In this document: piece by piece, positions 1 through 8,728 of the stretch
Position numbering within the stretch: position 1 is the first letter of the stretch
Layout of the letters: every line of letters starts with the position of its first letter
Position numbers and translations under genes: made by a program
NCBI GenBank assembly: GCA_964012805.1
Contig: CAXGUD010000072.1
Location: 1-13,236, forward strand
Length of the DNA stretch: 13,236 nt
DNA from: an uncultured Bacteriovoracaceae bacterium
GTDB taxonomy: Bacteria > Bdellovibrionota > Bacteriovoracia > Bacteriovoracales > Bacteriovoracaceae
Direction of reading: 5' to 3'
The notes under the pieces: generated by a model
The model's database searches: none
The model's input: the letters and a program-made list of their open reading frames with translations, nothing else
Told to the model about the DNA's origin: nothing

Positions 1-971
1 AGGTTTTAAAGAAAGGTGATGTCGTTGTCTTTGAATCAACGGTTTATCCCGGCGTAACTGAAGATCATTGCCTCCCTATTTTGGAGGAAACCTCAAAACT
101 AAAATTGGGAGACTTTAAGATAGGGTATTCTCCTGAAAGAATAAATCCTGGAGATAAAGAACACACTTTTTCCAAAATTAAAAAAGTTGTTTCAGCATGT
201 GACGATGAGGCCACAGAAATTATTGCAGAGACTTACGGTGCAGTAGTTGATGCAGGCCTTTTTAAAGCTTCCAGTATTAAAGTTGCTGAAGCGGCAAAAA
301 TTATCGAAAATACCCAAAGGGACCTTAATATATCTTTAATGAATGAATTGGCCCTTATTTTTGAAAAGATGAATATTGATACAAATGAAGTTATCGAAGC
401 GGCTTCTACAAAATGGAACTTTCTCCCTTTTCGTCCTGGACTGGTTGGAGGGCATTGCATAGGAGTAGACCCATATTATTTGACTCATGAAGCAGAGCGT
501 TTGGGCCACATCCCGCAGGTGATTCTTGCTGGAAGAAATATTAATGACAGTATGGGGAAGTATATTGCTGAAAAAACAGTGAAAGAAATGGTCAAGGTTG
601 GAGTTAATGTTAGTGATTCTAAAGTTGGGATTCTTGGAGTTACTTTTAAAGAAAACTGTGGAGACACAAGAAATAGTAAAGTTTTTGATATCGTTAAAGA
701 ATTAAAAACTTATGGAATAAAAGTTCTTATTCATGACCCCCTTGCTGACAAAAAATCTATTGAAGAAGCCTACTCAATAAAAATATCAGAGTGGAACGAG
801 ATATCAAAACTTGATGCTTTGATTTTAGCCGTTCCTCATTCACAGTATCGAGAGCTGAATCACCAAAAACTTGATGAACTTTGCCAAGAAAAGGCCATAT
901 TAATCGATATCAAAAATACAATTCCAAAAAAGGTCCAGTTTAAAAACATAAAAAAGGTTTGGCGGTTATAG
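1..971 (+). CDS. wbpO: UDP-N-acetyl-hexosamine 6-dehydrogenase, WbpO/TviB family (5'-truncated by window edge)
   Basis: The frame is open from position 3 (VLKKGDVVVFESTVYPGVTEDHC), so the TTG at 81 is internal. Family motifs: ESTVYPG, YSPERINPGD, AEAAKIIENTQRDLNI, catalytic GGHCIGVDPYY, GVTFKENCGDTRNS. Directly followed by a WbpP-like epimerase, as in wbpO-wbpP/tviB-tviC pairs. Confidence 0.9.
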   Translation, partial: VLKKGDVVVFESTVYPGVTEDHCLPILEETSKLKLGDFKIGYSPERINPGDKEHTFSKIKKVVSACDDEATEIIAETYGAVVDAGLFKASSIKVAEAAKIIENTQRDLNISLMNELALIFEKMNIDTNEVIEAASTKWNFLPFRPGLVGGHCIGVDPYYLTHEAERLGHIPQVILAGRNINDSMGKYIAEKTVKEMVKVGVNVSDSKVGILGVTFKENCGDTRNSKVFDIVKELKTYGIKVLIHDPLADKKSIEEAYSIKISEWNEISKLDALILAVPHSQYRELNHQKLDELCQEKAILIDIKNTIPKKVQFKNIKKVWRL

Positions 972-972
972 G

Positions 973-2001
973 ATGAAATTTTCGAATTACGAAGATTTGA
1001 AAGAAAAGCTAATTCAAACGCCTAAGAAGTGGTTTCTAACAGGTGCGGCTGGCTTTATTGGAAGTAACCTTCTTCAAGAACTTTTGGAATTGAAACAAGA
1101 GGTAGTGGCCATTGATAATTTCAGTAATGGCCATAGGTCCAACTTGGATGATGTAAAGAGCAAAGTCCTTGAAAAAAAATGGAAAAACTTATCTTTCTAT
1201 GAAGGAGATTTTACCAACTCCGAGCTTATGAATAAGCTTTGCAAAGGGGTAGATTATGTACTCCATCAGGGCGCCTTAGGATCTGTTCCGAGGTCTATTA
1301 AAGATCCGATAAGGTCTAACCACCACAATGTTGGGGGGCAATTATCAGTTTTAGAAGCTTCCAAAAATAATGGTGTACAGAAAGTGGTTTATGCGAGCAG
1401 TAGCTCAGTTTATGGGGACCATTCCATGCTTCCTAAAATTGAGCACACAATAGGAAAACAGCTTTCTCCATACGCTGTATCAAAATATGTTAATGAACTT
1501 TATGCAAAAGTTTTTTTTGATACTTATGAACTCTCTTCAATTGGCCTTCGCTATTTTAATGTGTTTGGTAGAAGACAATCTCCTGAAGGGGCTTATGCTG
1601 CCGTCATTCCGCTTTGGTTAAGGGCCATGATTAGAAATGAGCAGCTTTTCATAAATGGGGATGGAGAAACAAGCCGTGACTTTTGTTATGTAAAAAATGT
1701 TATTCAGGCCAATATACAGGCCGCTGTTAGTGATACAAAAGGAGCTGAGGTCTACAATATTGCCTGTAATGATCAAACAACTTTAAATCAACTTTTTAAT
1801 CATTTAAAAGATATCCTTTCATCTGAATGCGGAATTCATTATAAAAAAATGCCTGTTTATAAACCTTTTAGAGAAGGCGATATTAGGCACTCTAGAGCTG
1901 ATATTAAAAAGGCAAAAGAAGACTTCAAGTATTGGCCTAAATATAAAATACAAAAAGGTTTGGAAGAAACAATTCATTGGTATGTGAGTAATTTGAAATG
2001 A
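973..2001 (+). CDS. wbpP: UDP-GlcNAc(A) 4-epimerase, WbpP/TviC family (extended SDR)
   Basis: TGAAGFIGS Rossmann motif, HQGALGSVPRS, ASSSSVYG, catalytic YAVSK, LRYFNVFG, YAAVIP, GDIRHS, all typical of WbpP-type epimerases acting on N-acetylated substrates. Starts 1 nt after the upstream stop. Confidence 0.92.
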   Translation: MKFSNYEDLKEKLIQTPKKWFLTGAAGFIGSNLLQELLELKQEVVAIDNFSNGHRSNLDDVKSKVLEKKWKNLSFYEGDFTNSELMNKLCKGVDYVLHQGALGSVPRSIKDPIRSNHHNVGGQLSVLEASKNNGVQKVVYASSSSVYGDHSMLPKIEHTIGKQLSPYAVSKYVNELYAKVFFDTYELSSIGLRYFNVFGRRQSPEGAYAAVIPLWLRAMIRNEQLFINGDGETSRDFCYVKNVIQANIQAAVSDTKGAEVYNIACNDQTTLNQLFNHLKDILSSECGIHYKKMPVYKPFREGDIRHSRADIKKAKEDFKYWPKYKIQKGLEETIHWYVSNLK

Positions 2002-3113
2002 AAGTATTAGTTATTTCAGCAGACCCGAGGTCTCTCGTTCAATTTCGTAGGGATCTGATGGTCAAAATGAAAGAAAAGGGCCATGAGGTTATGGCCTTGT
2101 CTCCTATCAATGATGAAAGAGGGGATTCGTCATGCCTTGAAAAGGAGGGCATTAAAGTTAATTTTGTGGATATTGATCGAACGGGTCTTAATCCTCTTCA
2201 CGACCTCAAGGCATTTTACGAGATTTTTACAATCGTGAAAAAGTTTAAGCCTGATGTTGTTTTCTCTTTCACAATCAAACCTGTCATTTATGGTTCTTTG
2301 GCTTCTTTTTTTGGTGGTGCAAAAAGAATTTACTCTCTTATACCAGGTGTTGGACACGTTTTTTTAAACAAAAGCTGGGGTGGAAAAGTTCTTAGGTTTT
2401 TAGTTTCAAGAATGTACCAAATCTCTTTAATTACTAATTCTAAAGTTTTTTTTCAAAATAATGATGACCTGGACCTCTTCATTTCAAAAAGGATTTTGAA
2501 AAGAAAGAAAGCTTTTAAAGTGAATGGCTCTGGAGTCAATACGGATGAGTTTAAGCGAAATGAAACTCTTCCAAAGAGGCCCGTCTTTTTACTAGCAGGT
2601 CGAATCATTAAAGAAAAGGGAATTAAAGAATACGTTGAAGCCGTTAGAGTTTTGAAAAAAAATAAGGGTTATTCTTTTAAGGCTTTTCTTGTTGGTGGCT
2701 TTGATAAAAATCCCACTTCTTTTAACGAAAAATCCTTAAAGGACTTAAATTTTGATGGTGTTATTGATTATCTTGGTGATCAAAGTGATATGAAAAGTGT
2801 CTTTGAAAAATCTTCAGTCTATGTACTTCCTTCTTACCGTGAAGGGACACCAAGATCGACTTTGGAAGCTATGAGTATGATGATGCCTGTCGTGACAACT
2901 GATGTTCCTGGCTGTCGAGAAACCGTAAAGGAAGGAGTTAATGGTTTTTTAGTCGGTTTAAAATCAGTGTCAGATTTAGCAAAGTCCATGGAAAAATTTA
3001 TTATAAATAGTGAATTGATTTCAATAATGGGTAGTGAAAGTTTAAAGATCGTACGTGATAAATTTGATGTTAGAAAAGTAAATCAAGTTTACTTGGAAGA
3101 AATGGGCCTCTAA
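1998..3113 (+). CDS. GT4 (GT-B) glycosyltransferase, CapM/PglA-like
   Basis: FTIKPVIYG, FFQNNDD, GSGV, GRIIKEKG, and VLPSYREGTPRSTLEAM (EX7E) followed by TTDVPGCRETV. ATGA overlap with the epimerase stop. Confidence 0.9.
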   Translation: MKVLVISADPRSLVQFRRDLMVKMKEKGHEVMALSPINDERGDSSCLEKEGIKVNFVDIDRTGLNPLHDLKAFYEIFTIVKKFKPDVVFSFTIKPVIYGSLASFFGGAKRIYSLIPGVGHVFLNKSWGGKVLRFLVSRMYQISLITNSKVFFQNNDDLDLFISKRILKRKKAFKVNGSGVNTDEFKRNETLPKRPVFLLAGRIIKEKGIKEYVEAVRVLKKNKGYSFKAFLVGGFDKNPTSFNEKSLKDLNFDGVIDYLGDQSDMKSVFEKSSVYVLPSYREGTPRSTLEAMSMMMPVVTTDVPGCRETVKEGVNGFLVGLKSVSDLAKSMEKFIINSELISIMGSESLKIVRDKFDVRKVNQVYLEEMGL

Positions 3114-3133
3114 TTTAATTCACAATAGGGTTT

Positions 3134-3161
3134 TTTACCTAAATGGGTCCTTAGATATAAT
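3134..3161 (+). promoter_or_regulatory. Putative internal sigma70-type promoter upstream of the wecB-wecC fusion
   Basis: TTTACC (3134-3139), 16-nt spacer, perfect TATAAT (3156-3161) in a 156-bp intergenic gap. The AT-rich background lowers specificity. Confidence 0.45.
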
Positions 3162-3269
3162 AAGGTAAAATAACGTACTTTTTTGATAAAATTTATCTAC
3201 TTATGACAAATTATTCATTATCATATTAGGAAGAATTTTAGGGGTGGCGCCAGGATTAATGGGGTTTTT

Positions 3270-5516
3270 ATGAAAGTTTGCATAGTCGTAGGAACGAGGC
3301 CAGAAATAATTAAAATGTCTTCGGTCATTAAGGAGTGCCAAAAACGGGGACACGATTATTTTATTGTTCATTCGAATCAACATTACAGTGAGTCAATGGA
3401 CAAGGTATTTTTCCAGGATCTTCAGCTTCCTCCGCCTGATTACAATTTAAATGTAGGTCCAGGACCTCATTCTAACCAAACTGGAAATATACTTATTAAG
3501 ATTGAACCTGTCCTAGAAAAAGAAAGACCTAATATTGTCTTAGTGCAAGGTGATACTAATACTGTTTTGGCAGCAGGACTGGCCGCCAGTAAATTAGGCA
3601 TCAAGGTTGGTCATGTTGAAGCAGGTCTCCGGTCTTATGATAGAACAATGCCAGAAGAGACCAATAGAATTGTCGTTGATCATCTTTCTGATTACCTTTT
3701 TGCCGTTTCCTCTACGCAGAAGGATATTCTTTCTCACGAAGGTGTTGAAAAAGGAAAAGTATACACTGTAGGAAATACTGTTGTAGACTCCCTTTACCAA
3801 CACTCAAAGCTTTCACAAGAAACAAGCCTTATTCTTTCTAATCTTGGGATTTTAGAAAAAGAGTATTTTCTTGCGACGATCCATAGAAGCGCAAATGTAG
3901 ATAATATGACGGCCTTAAAGGAAGTCCTCTTGCTTTTAGAAAAAGTTGCCAAAACTTTTGGAAAAGTTGTTGTATGGCCCATGCACCCCAGGACCAAAAA
4001 AAGGATAAAGGAATTTCACCTTTCAATTCCTGAAGGAATCAAGATTATCGATCCTCTGGGTTATAATGATTTTTTAAAATTGGAAAACAATGCAAAACTT
4101 ATTCTAACCGATTCTGGTGGAGTTCAGGAAGAGGCCTGCATTTTAAGAGTTCCATGTCTTACTATTCGAAACAATACCGAACGCCCTGAGACGGTTGCCG
4201 TCGGTGCAAATAAAATTGTAGGGAGGGATCATAAAAAGGCCATAGTAGAAATCGAAAACTTCCTTAATAAACTTCCAAATTGGGAAAACCCTTTTGGGAA
4301 TGGAACAACGTCTGTTTCGATCTTGGATATACTGGAAGGCGACCTTTGGAAGAAATCAAACGAGAGAGTTTGTGTTGTAGGATTAGGCTATATGGGGCTT
4401 CCGATGGCATCCCTTCTAGCGGCTTCGGGTTTTAACGTCTCTGGTGTCGATATAGATAAAGCAAAAAGAGATGCCATTAATAAAGGGGAGTGTCCGTTAA
4501 ATGAACCGGGTCTTGTAGAACTCGTTAAAAAAGCCGTCCACAAGTTTGGGATGAAGGCTTTTTCAAAACCCGTTGAAAGTGACGTCTTTATAATTTCTGT
4601 CCCAACGCCTAAAACAGAAAATCAGTGTGATCTTTCCTATGTTATCAACGCTTGCGAGTCGATTGTTCCCTATGTTTCGGACGGGGCCCTCGTTATTTTA
4701 GAGTCTACAATGAAGCCAGGGACTTGCCGTGATATTATTTCTCCCCTCTTTGAAGAGAAAGGCAAAAAAGTTTTGATCTGTCATTGCCCTGAAAGGGCCA
4801 TTCCTGGAAATACCCTTCATGAAATTATAAACAATGACCGGTTGATAGGTGGAATGAGTGCTGAGGCAGGTCGTCTTGCAAAAGAAATTTATGGGAAATT
4901 TATTAAAGGCAACCTTTTGATGACTGACGCTACTACTGCAGAATGCGTTAAGCTGATGGAAAACACATACCGAGATGTTAATATTGCTTTGGCCAACGAG
5001 TTTGATCTTATTCTTCAAAAATATGAAGTAGATTCCTTCGAGGCCATTGAATTGGCCAACAGGCATCCTAGAGTTAATATTCTTTCTCCCGGTCCTGGTG
5101 TTGGAGGGCATTGTATTGCTGTAGACCCCCACTTTTTATCTGAAGGCAACGAAAATGCACGGCTTATTAATTTGGCCAGAAAGATCAATGATGAAAGACC
5201 TCGTGTTGTTGCAGAGAGGGTTATTAAAGAGGCCAAAAAACATGGTAAAAAAATAGGTATATTAGGGGTGGCCTATAAGAAAAATGTTGATGATTGTCGA
5301 GAAACACCTGCTTTAGGCATTGTAGAGGAATTACTAGAAGAAGGCCTAGAGGTTCGGTGTCATGACCCTTTTGTGAAAAAATGGAGTCATAAGATGTTCC
5401 ATTATGATGAGCTAGAAAACTGGAGTGATCTCTTTGTTTTATTAACTGATCATGATGCTTTCAAAGAATTGAAAATTGTTAAGCCTTTAGTAGATACTCG
5501 AAAGATGTTTAACTAG
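3270..5516 (+). CDS. wecB-wecC: Bifunctional fusion: non-hydrolysing UDP-GlcNAc 2-epimerase (aa ~1-356) + UDP-ManNAc 6-dehydrogenase (aa ~366-748)
   Basis: N-half: GTRPEIIK, VQGDTNT, HVEAGLRS, PEETNR, TIHR, TDSGGVQEEA, TERPE, NPFGNG. C-half: VCVVGLGYMG, VPTP, ILESTMKPG, CPERAIPG, KLMENTYRDVNIALANE, GPGVGGHCIAVDP, GVAYKKNVDDCRETPA. No stop between the halves. Confidence 0.92.
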   Translation: MKVCIVVGTRPEIIKMSSVIKECQKRGHDYFIVHSNQHYSESMDKVFFQDLQLPPPDYNLNVGPGPHSNQTGNILIKIEPVLEKERPNIVLVQGDTNTVLAAGLAASKLGIKVGHVEAGLRSYDRTMPEETNRIVVDHLSDYLFAVSSTQKDILSHEGVEKGKVYTVGNTVVDSLYQHSKLSQETSLILSNLGILEKEYFLATIHRSANVDNMTALKEVLLLLEKVAKTFGKVVVWPMHPRTKKRIKEFHLSIPEGIKIIDPLGYNDFLKLENNAKLILTDSGGVQEEACILRVPCLTIRNNTERPETVAVGANKIVGRDHKKAIVEIENFLNKLPNWENPFGNGTTSVSILDILEGDLWKKSNERVCVVGLGYMGLPMASLLAASGFNVSGVDIDKAKRDAINKGECPLNEPGLVELVKKAVHKFGMKAFSKPVESDVFIISVPTPKTENQCDLSYVINACESIVPYVSDGALVILESTMKPGTCRDIISPLFEEKGKKVLICHCPERAIPGNTLHEIINNDRLIGGMSAEAGRLAKEIYGKFIKGNLLMTDATTAECVKLMENTYRDVNIALANEFDLILQKYEVDSFEAIELANRHPRVNILSPGPGVGGHCIAVDPHFLSEGNENARLINLARKINDERPRVVAERVIKEAKKHGKKIGILGVAYKKNVDDCRETPALGIVEELLEEGLEVRCHDPFVKKWSHKMFHYDELENWSDLFVLLTDHDAFKELKIVKPLVDTRKMFN

Positions 5517-5531
5517 GAGACGAGATTTTTT

Positions 5532-6716
5532 ATGAGGATTCTCTTTATTTCTGATAACTTCCCTCCTGAGGTCAATGCTCCTGCATCGAGAACGTATGAG
5601 CATTGTCGTGAGTGGGTTGAGAAGGGGCACAAAGTCACAGTTTTGACTTGCACACCGAATTTCCCGCAGGGAAGAGTTTATCCAGGTTTTAAAAACAAGC
5701 TTTTCCAAGTTGATGAAATTTCTGGAATTAAAGTCATTAGGGTGTGGAGTTATGTGGCGGAAAATAAGGGGTTTTTAAAAAGAGCACTGGATTATTTAAG
5801 CTTTGCTTTTATGGCCATTATTGTTGGAACATTTTTAAAAGCGGACCGAATTGTTACAACCTCTCCCCAGTTTTTTGTAAACTTTACGGGTCTTTATTTG
5901 AAATTGTTAAAAAGGTGCCCTTGGATTATGGAGGTCAGGGATATTTGGCCTGAATCTATCCTCGCTGTTGGCTCGATGAAGAGGAATTTTATAATCAAAA
6001 CTCTCGAAAAGTTTGAAGTTCTTTTTTACCGGACTTGCAACAGGTTAGTTGTCGTAACAGACTCCTTTAGAGACTATCTTTTGAAGAAAAATATTGATGA
6101 TTCTAAAATCTTTGTTGTTAAAAATGGAATTAATACAGGTCTTTTTCAACCTGGGCAAAAAATACAAAACAAGAAAGATTTTATCGTCGGCTATATGGGA
6201 ACTCTAGGTTTGGCCCACGGCCTTGATTTTATCCTTGAATGCGCAAAAGATGTTCAACTCCTTGATAAAGATATAAAGTTCTACTTTGTGGGTGATGGAG
6301 CCGTTCGAAAAAAGTTGAGGGCACGGGCCAAAGAGCTTAACCTGGCAAATGTTCATTTTTTTGACTCAATTCCTAAAAAAGAAGTGCCTTCAATGATAGA
6401 AACGTTTGATGTAGGACTGGTTAATTTAAAAAAATCAGAAACCTTTAGGTCTGTTATTCCATCAAAAATTTTTGAACTCGGGGCCATGAAAAAACCAATT
6501 TTGATTGGAGTTGATGGCGAGGCAAGAAAAATGGTTGAAGACTACGAATTAGGCCACTTTTTTGAACCAGAAAACAAACAAAAATTTATTGAAAAACTCT
6601 TCCTTATGAAAAATAATAGAGGAAGTATTGAATCAAAGGCCTATTTACAATTTTTAAAAGCCTATGACCGGAAAGTTTTAGCGGATAAGATGTTGAGGTA
6701 TGTGACTAACTTATGA
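5532..6716 (+). CDS. GT4 glycosyltransferase, WbuB-like
   Basis: N-terminal ISDNFPPEVNAPASR, PNFPQG, TSPQFF, EVRDIWPES, YMGTLGLAHGL, VGDG, PSKIFE. AGGAG at 5515-5519 upstream. Confidence 0.9.
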   Translation: MRILFISDNFPPEVNAPASRTYEHCREWVEKGHKVTVLTCTPNFPQGRVYPGFKNKLFQVDEISGIKVIRVWSYVAENKGFLKRALDYLSFAFMAIIVGTFLKADRIVTTSPQFFVNFTGLYLKLLKRCPWIMEVRDIWPESILAVGSMKRNFIIKTLEKFEVLFYRTCNRLVVVTDSFRDYLLKKNIDDSKIFVVKNGINTGLFQPGQKIQNKKDFIVGYMGTLGLAHGLDFILECAKDVQLLDKDIKFYFVGDGAVRKKLRARAKELNLANVHFFDSIPKKEVPSMIETFDVGLVNLKKSETFRSVIPSKIFELGAMKKPILIGVDGEARKMVEDYELGHFFEPENKQKFIEKLFLMKNNRGSIESKAYLQFLKAYDRKVLADKMLRYVTNL

Positions 6717-7774
6717 CTCTTGCAATCTTAGGATCTTTTTTTACTGCTTGCTTTCTGACTATTCTGTCGATTCCAACAATTATAAAAATCTCTGAGCTTA
6801 AGAATTTAAATGATAATCCGAGCCCAAGAAAACTGCACTCAGTGAGTACTCCAACTCTTGGGGGAGTCGCTATTTTTGCAGCATTTATCATTAGTAGTAC
6901 CCTTTGGTTAAACCCTGAAACTTCTATAAATCTTCAATATATCATTTGTGCCCTTATCATCCTTTTTTTCATTGGAATTAAAGACGACATATATGACATT
7001 ATTCATTACAAAAAGTTTATTGTTCAGGCCTTCGCTTCGTTTGTTATTATCCATTTTGCGGGAATTAAACTTACGAGCTTATATGGCCTTTTTGGAGTGT
7101 ATGAAATTTCAACTTTTTGGTCTTATGTCCTTTCTTTTTTCGTTTACACTGGGATTATTAATGCGATTAACCTCATCGATGGAATCAATTGCCTAGCTGG
7201 TTCAATAGGGATGATTTCCTCTGTTGCTTTTGGGGCTTTCTTTTATTACTTAGGTTTGGAAAACTGGTCAATCCTTTGCTTTGCCCTTACGGGGAGTCTA
7301 GCTGGGTTTCTTTATTTCAATAAAACACCAGCAAAGATTTTTATGGGCGATACTGGCTCTCTCATAGTTGGTTTAATGTGTTCAATTTTTGCTATTCATT
7401 TTATTGAATACAATGCTGATGCTGTTATCTTCAAATCAGGCCCTACTATTGCAATTTCAATTCTCATTATTCCTATTTTTGATACTATCCGGATTATATT
7501 AAGGCGTTTATGGAACAAGAAGGGAATTTTTCAGCCGGACAGAAACCATATTCACCATATATTAGTTGATAGTGGTTTTTCACATCATAAATCAGTTTTT
7601 TTCCTTCTATCAGTTAATCTCTTTGTTATTGGTTCATGCTATATTTTCCAAGACTTGGATAAATATAAGATTTTCGCAGGTCACGGAGCAGAACTTCTTC
7701 TCTTTTTTATTTTTATTTTTATGTTTCTTTTATTTAACCTAATTGAAAGGTCTCTGGTCAAAAAAGTTAAATAA
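6713..7774 (+). CDS. wecA: Undecaprenyl-phosphate HexNAc-1-phosphate transferase, WecA/TagO/MraY family
   Basis: About 10-11 hydrophobic segments; RKLH..TPTLGGVAIF, GIKDD, NAINLIDG, FMGDTGS, PIFDT..R, PDRNHIHH. ATGA overlap with the upstream GT. Confidence 0.9.
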   Translation: MTLAILGSFFTACFLTILSIPTIIKISELKNLNDNPSPRKLHSVSTPTLGGVAIFAAFIISSTLWLNPETSINLQYIICALIILFFIGIKDDIYDIIHYKKFIVQAFASFVIIHFAGIKLTSLYGLFGVYEISTFWSYVLSFFVYTGIINAINLIDGINCLAGSIGMISSVAFGAFFYYLGLENWSILCFALTGSLAGFLYFNKTPAKIFMGDTGSLIVGLMCSIFAIHFIEYNADAVIFKSGPTIAISILIIPIFDTIRIILRRLWNKKGIFQPDRNHIHHILVDSGFSHHKSVFFLLSVNLFVIGSCYIFQDLDKYKIFAGHGAELLLFFIFIFMFLLFNLIERSLVKKVK

Positions 7775-8668
7775 ATTTTGAACGGCCATGAGTCCTTGTT
7801 TTTCTACATTCTCTTTTGTTCTCGAACTGACGTGGGGAGTTATATAGACATTTGAAAACTTTTTAAGAGGGTGGTCTTCTACCATAGGCTCAAAGTCCAG
7901 GACATCAGTTAAATAGGCACCAATTTTGTTTGATTCTAATTTTTCAAGTAAGGCTTCTAGATCTACCAAATTAGATCGGGCGGTATTTATGAGTATTTTT
8001 GTTTGATTGAAAAAATTGAGTAACTCTTTGTTAATAATATGCTTAGTGCTTTTATTTAAATTAAGATGAAGTGTAATGATATCACTTTCCTCGACAAGTT
8101 CGTTAATGCTTTGGCATTTTTTAATGCTATTTTTACTTAAAAAAGATTCGTCATAGATTTTATCGAACCCCAAAACATTCATCTCAAAGGCATTTGCAAT
8201 CCGGGCTACAGCTTTACCAATGTTTCCGAGGCCTACGATCCCAATAGATTTTCCTTTTATTTCAAATCCAGTTTTTCTTTCCCAACCTTTTTTAAGATGC
8301 AGATGCATATTTTTTGAGAAGCTTAAAAGAAGTGTGAATACGTGTTCGGCCACTGTTGAGTGGTTCACTCCTTTGCAATTTCTAACTTCTATACCAAGTT
8401 TTCCTGCACTTTTGAGGTTTATTTTGTCGAGTCCTACACCATACTTTGAAATAATTTTGACTTTAGATTCGGCTCCTTTTTTAAGAACTTTCTCAGTGTA
8501 TTCATCATCTCCGCAAACGATGCCATCATATTTATGGATAACGTTATAAATATCCGATTCAACTAAAGGACCTCTAAGAAATTCAATTTTATAACCCTTG
8601 GAGTTTAAAAGATCGTGATGTTTACCCGGAGTGTCTAAAAAAGAGGTTGATGTCACGAGAATATTCAT
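7739..8668 (-). CDS. D-isomer-specific 2-hydroxyacid dehydrogenase (phosphoglycerate-dehydrogenase-like, no ACT domain)
   Basis: KYGVGLDKI, NHSTVAEH, GIVGLGNIG, INTAR, DVLDFEP, TPHV (Arg/Glu/His catalytic triad present). GGAGG ribosome-binding site at 8681-8677, 8 nt from the ATG. Confidence 0.9.
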   Translation of the reverse strand: MNILVTSTSFLDTPGKHHDLLNSKGYKIEFLRGPLVESDIYNVIHKYDGIVCGDDEYTEKVLKKGAESKVKIISKYGVGLDKINLKSAGKLGIEVRNCKGVNHSTVAEHVFTLLLSFSKNMHLHLKKGWERKTGFEIKGKSIGIVGLGNIGKAVARIANAFEMNVLGFDKIYDESFLSKNSIKKCQSINELVEESDIITLHLNLNKSTKHIINKELLNFFNQTKILINTARSNLVDLEALLEKLESNKIGAYLTDVLDFEPMVEDHPLKKFSNVYITPHVSSRTKENVEKQGLMAVQNLFNFFDQRPFN

Positions 8669-8728
8669 TGGTAGCGCCTCCGTTTTTAAATTTGAAATAT
8701 ATACTTAAGGTCAAAAAATGTGAAGTCA

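Noticed and set aside
81..83. TTG start given by the ORF track for the first gene
   Set aside because: The frame is open to the window edge and includes the conserved ESTVYPG motif upstream; the true start lies outside the window.
1..2001. Vi capsule locus (tviB/tviC)
   Set aside because: The enzyme pair is homologous, but no tviD/tviE/vex genes follow; such pairs are widespread in O-antigen clusters.
3204..3223. Fur-box-like sequence (TCATTATCA)
   Set aside because: Only a half-site matches well, in very AT-rich DNA; not supportable.
8666..8675. CATTGGTAGC resembling part of a JUMPstart element
   Set aside because: It is the reverse complement of the dehydrogenase start codon and RBS spacer, on the wrong strand, with no GGCGGTAG ops core.
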